Shown one piece after another: positions 18,205 to 28,079 of a DNA stretch of 64,000 nt (position 1 is its first letter; each line of letters opens with the position of its first letter). A model generated the notes under the pieces. That model searched no databases. It was not told the DNA's origin and worked only from the letters and a program-made list of their open reading frames with translations. The position numbers were made by a program, and so were the translations under genes. Source of the stretch: Bacteroidales bacterium (lineage in GTDB: Bacteria > Bacteroidota > Bacteroidia > Bacteroidales > VadinHA17); assembly GCA_049792755.1 (NCBI GenBank), contig JBARBF010000024.1, positions 5,675-69,674 of the forward strand. The letters run 5' to 3'.

Positions 18205-19449
18205 ATGATAATCTTCTTCCTTACCAGCGGTCTTTTTCTGGGGTGGTCTCTTGGAGCAAATGATGCCTCACATATTTTTGGTTCGGCTGTAGGGTCAAAA
18301 ATGGTTACATTCAGGAAAGCTGCTATTATTGCATCTGTTTTTTTTATTCTCGGGGCTGTTATTCAGGGATCAGGCACATCCCAGACACTAGGTAAACTTG
18401 GCGCTATAAATGCAATTGGAGGTTCATTCACCCTTGCATTAGCTGCAGCAATTTCAATCTATATGATGACCAAGTTTGCACTTCCAATATCAACAACCCA
18501 GGCAATTGTGGGTGCAATAATAGGATGGAATTTTTTCACCGGAAACCGTACAGACAGTTCTACTTTAGAAAAGATCGTGATCTCGTGGGTCGCAGGTCCC
18601 ATCATCGGCGCAGTATTTGCTATACTCTTGTATATTCTAGTAAAGAGATTCAAGAAATTGACAAAAATCCATCTTATAAGGTTTGAATCCTATATTAAAA
18701 CCGGACTAATAGTAGTTGGTGCCTTTGGAGCCTACAGTCTTGGTGCCAACAATATTGCCAATGTTATGGGAGTTTTTGTTCCCGCTTTCCATCTTAAGGA
18801 TCTGAACTTTTGGATTTTTTCACTTAACTCAAGCCAGCAATTGTTACTTCTTGGAGGTCTTGCTGTCGCCTCAGGAATTATAACTTATTCCTGGAAAGTC
18901 ATGGAAACAATTGGAAACAATATTCTGGAACTATCATCAGAAGCTGCTCTTGTAGTTGTACTGGCTCAATCGCTTGTCCTGTTCATCTTTTCATCAACCG
19001 GACTATCCAATTTAATTGTAAAAACAGGGTTACCTCCTATTCCTATGGTTCCGGTTTCAAGTTCCCAGGTCATCGTCGGATGTATTCTCGGAATCGGTTT
19101 GTACAAAGGGGTACGAAATATCAATTTTAAAATACTTGGGGAAATTGGTCTCGGCTGGATTATTTCTCCTGTGGCATCAGGTTTATTGACATTTTTCCTG
19201 CTCTTCTTTATGAAGAATATCTTTGGCATTAATGTAGGATCTAAAACAGCTGAAACAATCGGTAATCCCGGGCAAACAACCAATCTGTCGGCTTATGGTC
19301 AGACTGATGTGTCAGGTATCATTAAATATCTTCTTCTGGGTCTTATAATTTTTGGAACAATCGGGATAGTTTTTTACTTTCTTCTCGAAAATAAGAAAAG
19401 AAAAGAAATGCAAAGATCGGAAGAGAAGTTCTGGAAGAATATGAAATAA
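18205..19449 (+). CDS. pitA: PiT-family inorganic phosphate transporter
   Basis: Duplicated PiT signature GANDASHIFGSAVGS and GANNIANVMG. 414-aa polytopic protein. Confidence 0.9.
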   Translation: MIIFFLTSGLFLGWSLGANDASHIFGSAVGSKMVTFRKAAIIASVFFILGAVIQGSGTSQTLGKLGAINAIGGSFTLALAAAISIYMMTKFALPISTTQAIVGAIIGWNFFTGNRTDSSTLEKIVISWVAGPIIGAVFAILLYILVKRFKKLTKIHLIRFESYIKTGLIVVGAFGAYSLGANNIANVMGVFVPAFHLKDLNFWIFSLNSSQQLLLLGGLAVASGIITYSWKVMETIGNNILELSSEAALVVVLAQSLVLFIFSSTGLSNLIVKTGLPPIPMVPVSSSQVIVGCILGIGLYKGVRNINFKILGEIGLGWIISPVASGLLTFFLLFFMKNIFGINVGSKTAETIGNPGQTTNLSAYGQTDVSGIIKYLLLGLIIFGTIGIVFYFLLENKKRKEMQRSEEKFWKNMK

Positions 19450-19548
19450 GATTATTCTAAGGGAGATATTAACCCCCATGTATTCCCCCTGTGAGAGGGA
19501 AAAAATCTTACTGTTTTAATAGAATAATAATAAAAATCACAGAATTTT

Positions 19549-19579
19549 CTCCCCCCTGGGGGAGATGCTGCGAATCAGC
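19549..19579. terminator. GC-rich hairpins between convergent pitA and DPP III genes
   Basis: ctcccc-cctg-ggggag (19549-19564) and gctg-cgaat-cagc (19567-19579). A further ttccc...gggaa hairpin lies near 19480. Confidence 0.35.
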
Positions 19580-19636
19580 AGAGGGGGTTCTCTCATCAAC
19601 CAACTTTGCATTTCGGAGTGTATGGGACGCCAAATA

Positions 19637-21598
19637 TTAAAGAAAGGAATAATTTTTTCCATAGTACAGCATCTGTCCGAGGTAATCATCCACATATTCG
19701 ACTTTTACATCGGTTATTCTACCGTTTTTATTATATACCGGTAAAAGTCTGGGGTTAACAAAACCTGTATACGGTGCGAGGTTAAGCTTTTCGTAACGTT
19801 CCAGGATCTCAGCATGATGACCAGGGTCAACCTTTACTCCATAGTTTTCAATTATTACCTTCCCATTTTCATAATCACCTTCCGATTTAATTCGTTGAAT
19901 CTCCCTTAGTAATTCCCCAAATAGATTCCTTAGCTTGAGATAATCATTTATTCTTACATAGGTTTTGCCTTCTTTCCTGAATAATTCGATAACATTTCCT
20001 GCTCTGCCATGCTCATAGACCCAATGAGATACTGCAGAACGGTTTCTCATATGTGCCTCCTCAATATCTTTTCCCGGATTTATCCTTACAATCTGAGTAA
20101 TTAAACCGTTCCTGATATATGAATCGTGTGAAGCTTTTGCTGCGTCCTCATGTGGAAGCAGACCAAGTTCTATTAATTTTTTATCCATCATATAGTATAA
20201 AGCAAAAAGATCTGCCCGTGCTTCTTCAAGAGGTGAAGCATAACTCTTAAGCGCATTGGGATGGGTACCTTTTGCCAGCTTGCCGCTTGCATGGCCCACG
20301 CATTCATGGAGATCGGTATGTAAAGCTTCAGCCAATGATCCGTAATTTTTTATCCTGTCCACTTCAGACCGATCGGCAGCAAATTCTTCCAGGAAACCAT
20401 TTCCCTTTGAAGTGATATCATATGCATTTGCTATATTTGACAGTGTAACTGATTTTGATCCAACCTCTTTCCTTATCCAGTTAGCATTGGGAAGATTAAT
20501 CCCCAGCGGCGAAACCGGATAACAATCACCTCCCAGCATAGCAACATTGACAACTTTTGCGGCGACACCTGTAACTTTCTTTTTTTTGTATTGTGGTTGA
20601 AACGGAGAATTATCCTCAAACCATTGGGAATTGGCTGCAATGATTCTTGTTCGCTTGGTGGCTTCCAAATCGGTATAATCTACAATTGCTTCCCATGTTG
20701 CCTTCATTCCCAAAGGATCATTGTAGGTTTCTATAAAACCGTTATTATAATCCACTTCAGGTCCGCTATCCTGTGCCCATAACACGTTAAAATCATCCCA
20801 TATTTTAAGATCCCCTGACTTATAAAAGTCAACAAGCAGTTTTAATTCTTTCTTCTGCATTTCAGATTCTGCGACTATTATTGCTTTTTCAATCCACATT
20901 ATTATCTGATCTATTGCAGCTCCATAAAGACCCCCTGATCTATAGACTTCTTCACTAATTTTTCCATCTTTCTTTGCAACTTTGGAATTAAGTCCCAATG
21001 AGACAGGGCATTGGTCTTTCGGATCAATTTTGGCTGAATAGAAAGATTCAACTTCTTTCTGATTTATATTTTCATAGAAGTTAATAACTGATTCTGCAAT
21101 CATGTCAGAACCTTCTCTTTTCTCTACCTTTCGTCCAAAGAGTTTTTCATCAAAAATAACGGGGGAAAGGATGGATATAAGCTCGTCTTTTGTCTGCCCA
21201 ATGGCCAGAGGAAGTTTTTCCTGGTCAGTTCCATTAATCAGACAACCAAAGTAACTTTCTGTAAATCGGGGTATTAATTTATCATTTGAATAATGATGAT
21301 GAATTCCATTTGAAAACAAAACTCTTTTTGAGTAAACCACGAAAGCAATGTATTCATCTAACGATTTGTCACCTGAATAATTTTCCAGTATAGCTTCAAT
21401 GGTTTTCCTTATCTTCAGATTAAACCTGAAGTTCTGATCCCATAAAATATCTCTCCCTGAAAGAGCCGCCTGACTGAGATAATAAATGAATTTTTTTTGC
21501 TGAATAGTCAGGAATTCAAATCCCGGAAGTTCATACCTGAGCACCCTGATATCTTCAAATTGTTCTACAAAATATTCAAAGTCGTCAAATTTCATCAT
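19637..21598 (-). CDS. Dipeptidyl-peptidase III (peptidase family M49)
   Basis: HECVGH (HExxGH) and EEARAD (EExxAD/E) are the two M49 zinc-binding motifs. 653 aa. Confidence 0.85.
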   Translation of the reverse strand: MMKFDDFEYFVEQFEDIRVLRYELPGFEFLTIQQKKFIYYLSQAALSGRDILWDQNFRFNLKIRKTIEAILENYSGDKSLDEYIAFVVYSKRVLFSNGIHHHYSNDKLIPRFTESYFGCLINGTDQEKLPLAIGQTKDELISILSPVIFDEKLFGRKVEKREGSDMIAESVINFYENINQKEVESFYSAKIDPKDQCPVSLGLNSKVAKKDGKISEEVYRSGGLYGAAIDQIIMWIEKAIIVAESEMQKKELKLLVDFYKSGDLKIWDDFNVLWAQDSGPEVDYNNGFIETYNDPLGMKATWEAIVDYTDLEATKRTRIIAANSQWFEDNSPFQPQYKKKKVTGVAAKVVNVAMLGGDCYPVSPLGINLPNANWIRKEVGSKSVTLSNIANAYDITSKGNGFLEEFAADRSEVDRIKNYGSLAEALHTDLHECVGHASGKLAKGTHPNALKSYASPLEEARADLFALYYMMDKKLIELGLLPHEDAAKASHDSYIRNGLITQIVRINPGKDIEEAHMRNRSAVSHWVYEHGRAGNVIELFRKEGKTYVRINDYLKLRNLFGELLREIQRIKSEGDYENGKVIIENYGVKVDPGHHAEILERYEKLNLAPYTGFVNPRLLPVYNKNGRITDVKVEYVDDYLGQMLYYGKNYSFL

Positions 21599-21817
21599 TG
21601 TTAACCTGTTTATTAATAAATGGCTAAATTATTAAAAAGTTAATAATTTAGTTCGTTGGTGACAATTAGTGGTCCCGAGTACTCGGGATTGAGTACCTTA
21701 GTATTGAAAAAAATAATTAACCCCAAAGAGCAAAGTCTGGCATAAAGGAACATAAAGGAAATCGAAAAAATATTTAGCAAACTGTATTAAATTAAATTAA
21801 ATCAACCCATTATCGAT

Positions 21818-22525
21818 ATGTCGGAAATTATTGACAAAATCAGGGAGGAATTGATTCAAGATGCCGATGAAAAGACAAAGTCATCAGGCGAACGATTCTT
21901 TAAGGAAGAGGTCAAACTTTATGGACTCAAATCTGCCGAGGTAAGCCGTATCAGCAAAGAATATTACAAAACCATCAGAGATAAAAGCAAAATACATATT
22001 TTTTCTTTATGTGATGAGCTCTGGAATTCAGGTTACATGGAAGAATCATTTGTTGCCTGTAACTGGGCCTACAATATGCATAAACAATATGAACCGGCTG
22101 ATTTTGATGTCTTTGAAAAATGGGTAAATATTTATATAGGAAACTGGGCAGCGTGTGATAAACTTTGCAATCATACTGTCGGAACTTTTATAGAGATGTA
22201 TCCTTCATTTTTATCTGTTTTGAAAAAATGGGCTCAGTCTAAGAACCGCTGGGTAAAACGTGCTTCAGCAGTATCGCTTATTATTCCTGCCAGGAAAGGC
22301 AAATTCCTGACTGATATCTTCGAAATAGCTGATATTCTGCATTCTGATAAAGACGACATGGTGCAAAAAGGGTACGGGTGGATGCTCAAAGCTGCAAGTG
22401 AAGCTCACCAGAAAGATGTATTCAATTATATTATGAGTAAAAAAGCCACAATGCCCAGAACTTCACTTAGATATGCAATAGAGAAGATGCCTCCTGAATT
22501 AAAAGCCTGTGCAATGGCGAAATAG
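21818..22525 (+). CDS. DNA alkylation repair protein (AlkD-like HEAT-repeat family)
   Basis: 235-aa helical repeat protein. The N-terminus ...ADEKTKSSGERFFKEEVKLYGLKSAEV and RWVKRASAVSLI are typical of the pfam DNA_alkylation family. Confidence 0.75.
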   Translation: MSEIIDKIREELIQDADEKTKSSGERFFKEEVKLYGLKSAEVSRISKEYYKTIRDKSKIHIFSLCDELWNSGYMEESFVACNWAYNMHKQYEPADFDVFEKWVNIYIGNWAACDKLCNHTVGTFIEMYPSFLSVLKKWAQSKNRWVKRASAVSLIIPARKGKFLTDIFEIADILHSDKDDMVQKGYGWMLKAASEAHQKDVFNYIMSKKATMPRTSLRYAIEKMPPELKACAMAK

Positions 22526-22568
22526 TAAGTATGGTTTTTTTACCTTTGCATTATAAATCAATTTTGCA

Positions 22569-24257
22569 ATGAGAACAGTTGCTTTAATCATCTTTGCAAT
22601 TCTAATACCTTTTGCTGCCTTTTCACAGGACAGGATTACCGGGCACGACTTTGCGACTAGATCTGAGATTATAGCCCGCAATGGTATGGCTGCAACAAGT
22701 CAGCCTCTGGCAACTCAGGTTGCTCTGGATATTCTTAAAAAAGGAGGTACTGCTATCGATGCTGCTATAGCCGCTGATGCTGTTCTCGGTGTTGTTGAAC
22801 CTACCGGAGCAGGTGTTGGAGGAGATCTTTTTGCAATAATATGGAGCGCTGATAAGGGGAAATTATATGGATTAAACGGAAGCGGAAGATCTCCGCGTTC
22901 ACTTAAGCTTGATTATTTTAAACAGAACGGATATCAGTTTATTCCATCGTATGGCCCTCTTCCAGTTTCAGTTCCGGGATGCGTTGACGGATGGTATGAA
23001 ATGCATGACATGTTCGGTCGTCTTTCCATGAAGGATATCCTTCAACCCGCAATTGGCTATGCAAGAGAGGGATTCCCAGTTACGGAGGTAATTGCATTTG
23101 CTCTTAAACAAGGAACTGATATTTTAAAAGAGTATCCAAATATTAAAGAGGTTTATATGCCTCATGGAAAGACTCCGACAAAAGGTGAAATCTTTAAAAA
23201 CCCGCTGCTGGCAAACACTCTCGAAAAAATTGCAAAAGGTGGAAGATATGAATTCTACAAAGGTTCTATATCCAGAGAAATAGCTTCATTTATGAAGAAA
23301 CAGGGAGGATTCCTCTCGTATGATGATATGTACCGTCATCATTCCGAATGGGTAGAGCCAATAAGTACAACTTACCGGGGTTATGAGGTTTGGGAACTCC
23401 CTCCAAACGGACAGGGAATAGCAGCACTACAGATGCTTAATATTCTTGAAGGATTTGATATTGCTGCAATGGGCTTTGGTTCAGCTGATTATATACATGT
23501 TTTTACAGAGGCAAAAAAACTTGCTTTTGAAGATCGTGCCAAATATTATTCCGATCCTTTTTTCAATAAATTGCCGGTCGCCCAGCTTCTCTCAAAAAAA
23601 TATGCTTCTGAAAGACGCAGACTGATCAACAGAGATAAAGCTGCAAAGATTTACGACCCGGGAAAAATTGAAGGCGGAAATACCATATATCTTACGGTTG
23701 CTGACAGATTTGGTAATATGGTCTCACTTATTCAGAGTAATTACCGTGGCATGGGTTCGGGAATGTGTCCAACAGGATTGGGCTTTGTTCTGCAGGACCG
23801 GGGTGAAATGTTCAGTCTTGAAGAGGGTCATAATAATGTATATGCACCGGGCAAAAGACCTTTTCACACGATAATACCTGCATTTATCACAAAAAACAAA
23901 AAGCCCTGGATAAGTTTCGGAGTGATGGGCGGTGATATGCAGCCGCAAGGACATGTTCAGATAGTTATTAATCTCATTGATTTTAAAATGAATCTGCAGG
24001 AAGCCGGGGATGCTCCAAGGATGCATCATATAGGATCATCCGAACCAACCGGCCAGCAAATGACAAACGGCGGTATTTTACTTCTTGAAAGCGGATTTCG
24101 CACAGAGGTCATTCAAAAGTTGCTGTCAATGGGTCATACGATACAATGGGACCTGGGTGGATATGGAGGTTATCAGGCTATAATGTGGGATGATAAGAAT
24201 AAAGTCTGGTTTGGTGCCTCTGAATCGAGAAAAGACGGGCAGGCGGCAGGGTATTAA
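22569..24257 (+). CDS. ggt: Gamma-glutamyltransferase
   Basis: Signal peptide. GMAATSQPLATQVALDILKKGGTAIDAAIA, an autoprocessing Thr region GGNTIYLTVADRFGNMVSLIQSN, and GVMGGDMQPQGHVQ. 562 aa. Confidence 0.9.
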   Translation: MRTVALIIFAILIPFAAFSQDRITGHDFATRSEIIARNGMAATSQPLATQVALDILKKGGTAIDAAIAADAVLGVVEPTGAGVGGDLFAIIWSADKGKLYGLNGSGRSPRSLKLDYFKQNGYQFIPSYGPLPVSVPGCVDGWYEMHDMFGRLSMKDILQPAIGYAREGFPVTEVIAFALKQGTDILKEYPNIKEVYMPHGKTPTKGEIFKNPLLANTLEKIAKGGRYEFYKGSISREIASFMKKQGGFLSYDDMYRHHSEWVEPISTTYRGYEVWELPPNGQGIAALQMLNILEGFDIAAMGFGSADYIHVFTEAKKLAFEDRAKYYSDPFFNKLPVAQLLSKKYASERRRLINRDKAAKIYDPGKIEGGNTIYLTVADRFGNMVSLIQSNYRGMGSGMCPTGLGFVLQDRGEMFSLEEGHNNVYAPGKRPFHTIIPAFITKNKKPWISFGVMGGDMQPQGHVQIVINLIDFKMNLQEAGDAPRMHHIGSSEPTGQQMTNGGILLLESGFRTEVIQKLLSMGHTIQWDLGGYGGYQAIMWDDKNKVWFGASESRKDGQAAGY

Positions 24258-24258
24258 A

Positions 24259-24341
24259 GGTGTGAGGCGTGAGGTATGAAGTATGTGGTGTATTCAAAAC
24301 TTTTTACCGGTCGCCGGGAACCGCAAACCGCCAACCGGATC
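24259..24341. repeat. Two degenerate heptamer arrays between convergent ggt and NuoB-like genes
   Basis: ggtgtga ggcgtga ggtatga agtatgt ggtgtat (24259-24293) and ccggtcg ccgggaa ccgcaaa ccgccaa ccggatc (24307-24341). The second array reaches the stop codon of the minus-strand gene. Confidence 0.7.
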
Positions 24342-25095
24342 AACCAATCCCAACTAAATCCATTACACCATTAATAAATGTCAAAGGATGTACCGGATTA
24401 CCTGGTACATAAAGGTCAATATGATTTTTTTCAACAAATCTTCTGTCAAGAACCTGGCTACCTTCAAAGATACCACCGCTGATAGCATCAGTACCGGCAA
24501 GAATGATGATTTTAGGTGAAGGAGTTGCTTTATATGTAATCTCCAGAGCTTCAGCCATATTTTCAGTAAAGGGACCTGTTATCACTACTCCGTCAGCATG
24601 ACGGGGTGAGGCGACAAATTCTATACCATAACGGCCCATGTCAAAATTTACATTTGAAGTAGCTGCAAGTTCCATCTCACAGGAATTATCTCCTCCTGCT
24701 GACACCTCACGAAGCTTTAATGCGCCATTAAAAAATTTCCGTATTTCACTTCTTATTTGTGTCTCATCTATTCTGACAGGGTTTTTAACTCCGGGATTAA
24801 TAATTAATCCTTCACGACTGTTTACTGCAACACGGTAGTCATTTGTAAAAATTATCCTTTGAGGGAACTTAAAGTAACATTCTTTGCAGAATACACATTT
24901 TCCCATATCTATTGAACCTGCTTTACAATCAATGGCTTTAACAGGACACAATTCAGAAACGACTTTTATTTCTTCAGCAGTGATATCTTTTGAAATTAAA
25001 GGACGGCCCCTGAACAGGTTCGAAACTTTTTGTGTACGTAAATTATTGATATACTGCCGGCCGTGACTGGCTAATATTTTTATTTCTTTGAACAT
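24340..25095 (-). CDS. NuoB/HycG-like small subunit with N-terminal half-ferredoxin domain; proximal-cluster Cys mostly lost
   Basis: FVASPRHADGVVITGPFT is the NuoB/HycG core. Cluster motif positions read GGDNSCEME, AGTDAISGGIF and VPGNPVHP, versus canonical CxxC, GxCxxxGG and PGCPP. The N-terminus has ELCPVKAI...CVFCKEC. Confidence 0.8.
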   Translation of the reverse strand: MFKEIKILASHGRQYINNLRTQKVSNLFRGRPLISKDITAEEIKVVSELCPVKAIDCKAGSIDMGKCVFCKECYFKFPQRIIFTNDYRVAVNSREGLIINPGVKNPVRIDETQIRSEIRKFFNGALKLREVSAGGDNSCEMELAATSNVNFDMGRYGIEFVASPRHADGVVITGPFTENMAEALEITYKATPSPKIIILAGTDAISGGIFEGSQVLDRRFVEKNHIDLYVPGNPVHPLTFINGVMDLVGIG

Positions 25096-25119
25096 AATAA
25101 TAAACTGTCAAAAAATGAT

Positions 25120-26640
25120 TTATAAATCATGCCCGCAATAGCTCAGGTTAAAACTTTTGTTGCAGATCGGGAAGTCTGATATTTCCTGATTACGTACTGC
25201 GAGAGCAAGCGCCATCCAATTGTGGATTGAAGGATCTTTCACTTTGTAATGGTTTATATATCCATTTTTATCAGTTGCAGCCAGGTGGCAAATTTCACCC
25301 CTCCATCCTTCTACCATTGAAATCGCAAAACGATCGGGTCTTAATATATAATTATAAACCGGCATCCTGATGTCACCGGTTTTTTCACGCCAGATTTTGA
25401 TAAGTTCCTGAATGATTTTCACCGATTCACCGGCTTCCAGAACTCGCAAAAGGCCACGGGCAAGTACATCACCAGTTTCAAGTATTATAGGTTTTGATGA
25501 ATATTTTTTATAGTATTGAAACGGATGGGTATGACGTACATCGCGCTGAATACCGCTGGATCGGGCAGCCTGACCTACTATTCCAATTGCCAGACCCTGT
25601 TGTTTTGTCAGTATTCCGATATCATCAAACCGAGATAGAACACTTGGCAGTGAATAGATACGATCGGCAATCTTACTAAACCGTTTGCCTGAATTACCGA
25701 GAATTTTTAATATCTCATCAGCAATATCATTATCAAGGGGGCAATTGGTGCCACCTGGTCGGATAAGGCCCTTGCCGAAGCGATTGCCACACCAAAGCTG
25801 AGTGGTATTGATTATTGTGGTTCTGAGCGCTTCGCAGGCTACTTGCCCCAGCTGATAAGCAACATCACCACATAAAGCGGCAGTATCGCCGATATTAACT
25901 GCCAGCTTTTCCAATTCCAGAGCAATACATCGCTCTACCTGTAATTTTTCATCTGCTTCCATTCCACTTAACGACTCAATAAGCTGTGAATGAGCCAATG
26001 CGTGTCCAACTGATGAATCACCTGCTATGCTCTCCGAAAGTACACATCTTTGTAACGGAGTATTTTTTGTAATAAACAACTCTTCAATCCCACGATGCTG
26101 GTACCCTAGTTGAATTTCAAGATGCAGAACCTTTTCACCGTTACAGATAAACCTGAAATGACCCGGCTCAATTACACCGGCATGAACAGGCCCCACGCCC
26201 ACCTCATGCAATTCTTCACTCTCAATATTGTAGAAAGGATAATTATCCATAATCTTTGATTTATCTGTCCGGTAATGTGGATATCTCACGGGCTTCAGCC
26301 ATGGATGACCCTCGAAATCTACTTCTGAATTTTCATGAATCTCACGTTCAAAAATATGCATCTGAGGACATATCGGAGTAATAGATTTTATTCTTCGCTG
26401 ATCATTTTTTAGTTCATGTGCAAATATTGCAATACTACTATTATTATCATCTGCTATGCAACAATAAAATTTCAGTTTATCAGATGACACTAAAGCGTAG
26501 TAAGCAATACAATGTTTTGCTTCATCTTTTAAAAAACCGACAACCTGATCATAAAATTTATCATATTTTAAAACAGGTATTTCATCAATTTCTATTGATA
26601 ATGAATTGTTTTTTATTTCAACATATGGTTTTTGATCCAT
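25120..26640 (-). CDS. NuoC-NuoD / HycE-like large-subunit homolog lacking NiFe-binding cysteines
   Basis: GPVHAGVIEPGHFRF and LGYQHRG are large-subunit/NuoD signatures, with an N-terminal domain of about 120 aa that is NuoC-like. The L1 position reads ESIAGDSSVGH. The C-terminus reads ...NLSYCGHDL-stop. Confidence 0.85.
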   Translation of the reverse strand: MDQKPYVEIKNNSLSIEIDEIPVLKYDKFYDQVVGFLKDEAKHCIAYYALVSSDKLKFYCCIADDNNSSIAIFAHELKNDQRRIKSITPICPQMHIFEREIHENSEVDFEGHPWLKPVRYPHYRTDKSKIMDNYPFYNIESEELHEVGVGPVHAGVIEPGHFRFICNGEKVLHLEIQLGYQHRGIEELFITKNTPLQRCVLSESIAGDSSVGHALAHSQLIESLSGMEADEKLQVERCIALELEKLAVNIGDTAALCGDVAYQLGQVACEALRTTIINTTQLWCGNRFGKGLIRPGGTNCPLDNDIADEILKILGNSGKRFSKIADRIYSLPSVLSRFDDIGILTKQQGLAIGIVGQAARSSGIQRDVRHTHPFQYYKKYSSKPIILETGDVLARGLLRVLEAGESVKIIQELIKIWREKTGDIRMPVYNYILRPDRFAISMVEGWRGEICHLAATDKNGYINHYKVKDPSIHNWMALALAVRNQEISDFPICNKSFNLSYCGHDL

Positions 26641-26642
26641 GA

Positions 26643-28073
26643 TTATGGCTGTTTAATAAAAATAGAAATACTCTGGTTAATTAGATCTACCAGGAAGGGA
26701 GGCTGATAAAAACACATAATGATCACAACAACAAGCAATAAAAATTGACTGACTGTCTCAACCGGTTTGATTTTTTCCGGGGACTTCTGATTGTTTACGC
26801 TCCGGGGATTTGAAAATACAATATGCATAATTCTTGTACTCATGGCATAAATTACAAAGCACAGCAGCAATATAACAACACAAAGTACAAACCAGTGGTT
26901 TTTGAAAACCATTGCCTTAAATATCATAAACTTACTAATAAACAACCCTGAAGGCGGGATGGCAAGAATACAGAACATTCCTGCAATAAGTACTAACGCA
27001 CCCGCTGGATAAAGTTCCATATATCTGCCGGTTTCATCTAATTTGAACGTATGCAGTACTCTTGAAAGTTGTCCCATTTGATAAAAAAGACTTGATTTGG
27101 ATAACGAATGAAGTACAAGTAAAAGAAATGCCGCGAAATACCCGGCGCCACCTACTCCTATCGCAATGGCTACCAGTCCCATATTTTCCAGACTTGAATA
27201 AGCAAGCATTCTCTTAAGATGTTTTGCTTTAAGCATATAACCGGCAGCTATCAATAAAGACATTAATCCAGAAAGGATCAGCACATTATTCATAAAACCT
27301 AATATTGAGGAGGAAGAAAACATGGAATAAACTCTGAAAATAGCCAGAAAACCGACGTTCATTAAAGCGGTTGAAATCAAAGCACTGATTGGAGGTGGAG
27401 CGACTGAGTGAGCATCAATTGTTACTGTATGCATCGGGAACAGCCCCATCTTTGTGCTAAATCCAACTAAAACAAATAAAAATGCAATTTTCAGATACAT
27501 CGGGTTAGCTTCATTAATAATATTGGCGATTGATGTAAATGACAGATTAGCAGCATCTCCGCGGCCATAAATAAATCCTAAAAATAATATGCCTAAATAA
27601 GCCAGGGCAATACCGGTAGAACAGATAAACACATACTTCCATGTTGCTTCCAATGCTATTTCTGTGCGATCATGATATATCAGGGCCGCAACGGCCAGGG
27701 TTGTCGCTTCTACAAAAATCCACAGGACAGTCATTCCATTTGCCATATATGCACCTGACATAAAAGTTATTAAACCAATCAATGCTGCGTGATAAATATT
27801 ATATTTCTTCACTTCATCTGTGGCCGCGTATATAAATCCATGATAAATAGTCGGCAAGGTCAAAATTGACAAAACTGACATAAGCAACACACCAGCGCTG
27901 TTAAAAGTGAAATAACTTAATTCGGTTTTGTTTAAATTGTTCCAGCAATATATTGTAAAACAAATATGTACCAACGCATAGCTGATTGTTATAATCTTAG
28001 TTATAGTCTTATTTTTTAGTAAGATTATTGAGATAACTGAAAAAACTGAAATAATAAAAAATAATAAAAGCAT
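26643..28073 (-). CDS. HyfF/NuoN-like Mrp-antiporter-type membrane subunit
   Basis: 476-aa polytopic protein. Motifs typical of proton-conducting antiporter-like subunits: FLFVLVGFSTKMGLFPMHTV, MLAYSSLENMG, HSLSKSSLF. Confidence 0.8.
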   Translation of the reverse strand: MLLLFFIISVFSVISIILLKNKTITKIITISYALVHICFTIYCWNNLNKTELSYFTFNSAGVLLMSVLSILTLPTIYHGFIYAATDEVKKYNIYHAALIGLITFMSGAYMANGMTVLWIFVEATTLAVAALIYHDRTEIALEATWKYVFICSTGIALAYLGILFLGFIYGRGDAANLSFTSIANIINEANPMYLKIAFLFVLVGFSTKMGLFPMHTVTIDAHSVAPPPISALISTALMNVGFLAIFRVYSMFSSSSILGFMNNVLILSGLMSLLIAAGYMLKAKHLKRMLAYSSLENMGLVAIAIGVGGAGYFAAFLLLVLHSLSKSSLFYQMGQLSRVLHTFKLDETGRYMELYPAGALVLIAGMFCILAIPPSGLFISKFMIFKAMVFKNHWFVLCVVILLLCFVIYAMSTRIMHIVFSNPRSVNNQKSPEKIKPVETVSQFLLLVVVIIMCFYQPPFLVDLINQSISIFIKQP

Positions 28074-28079
28074 ATTCTA

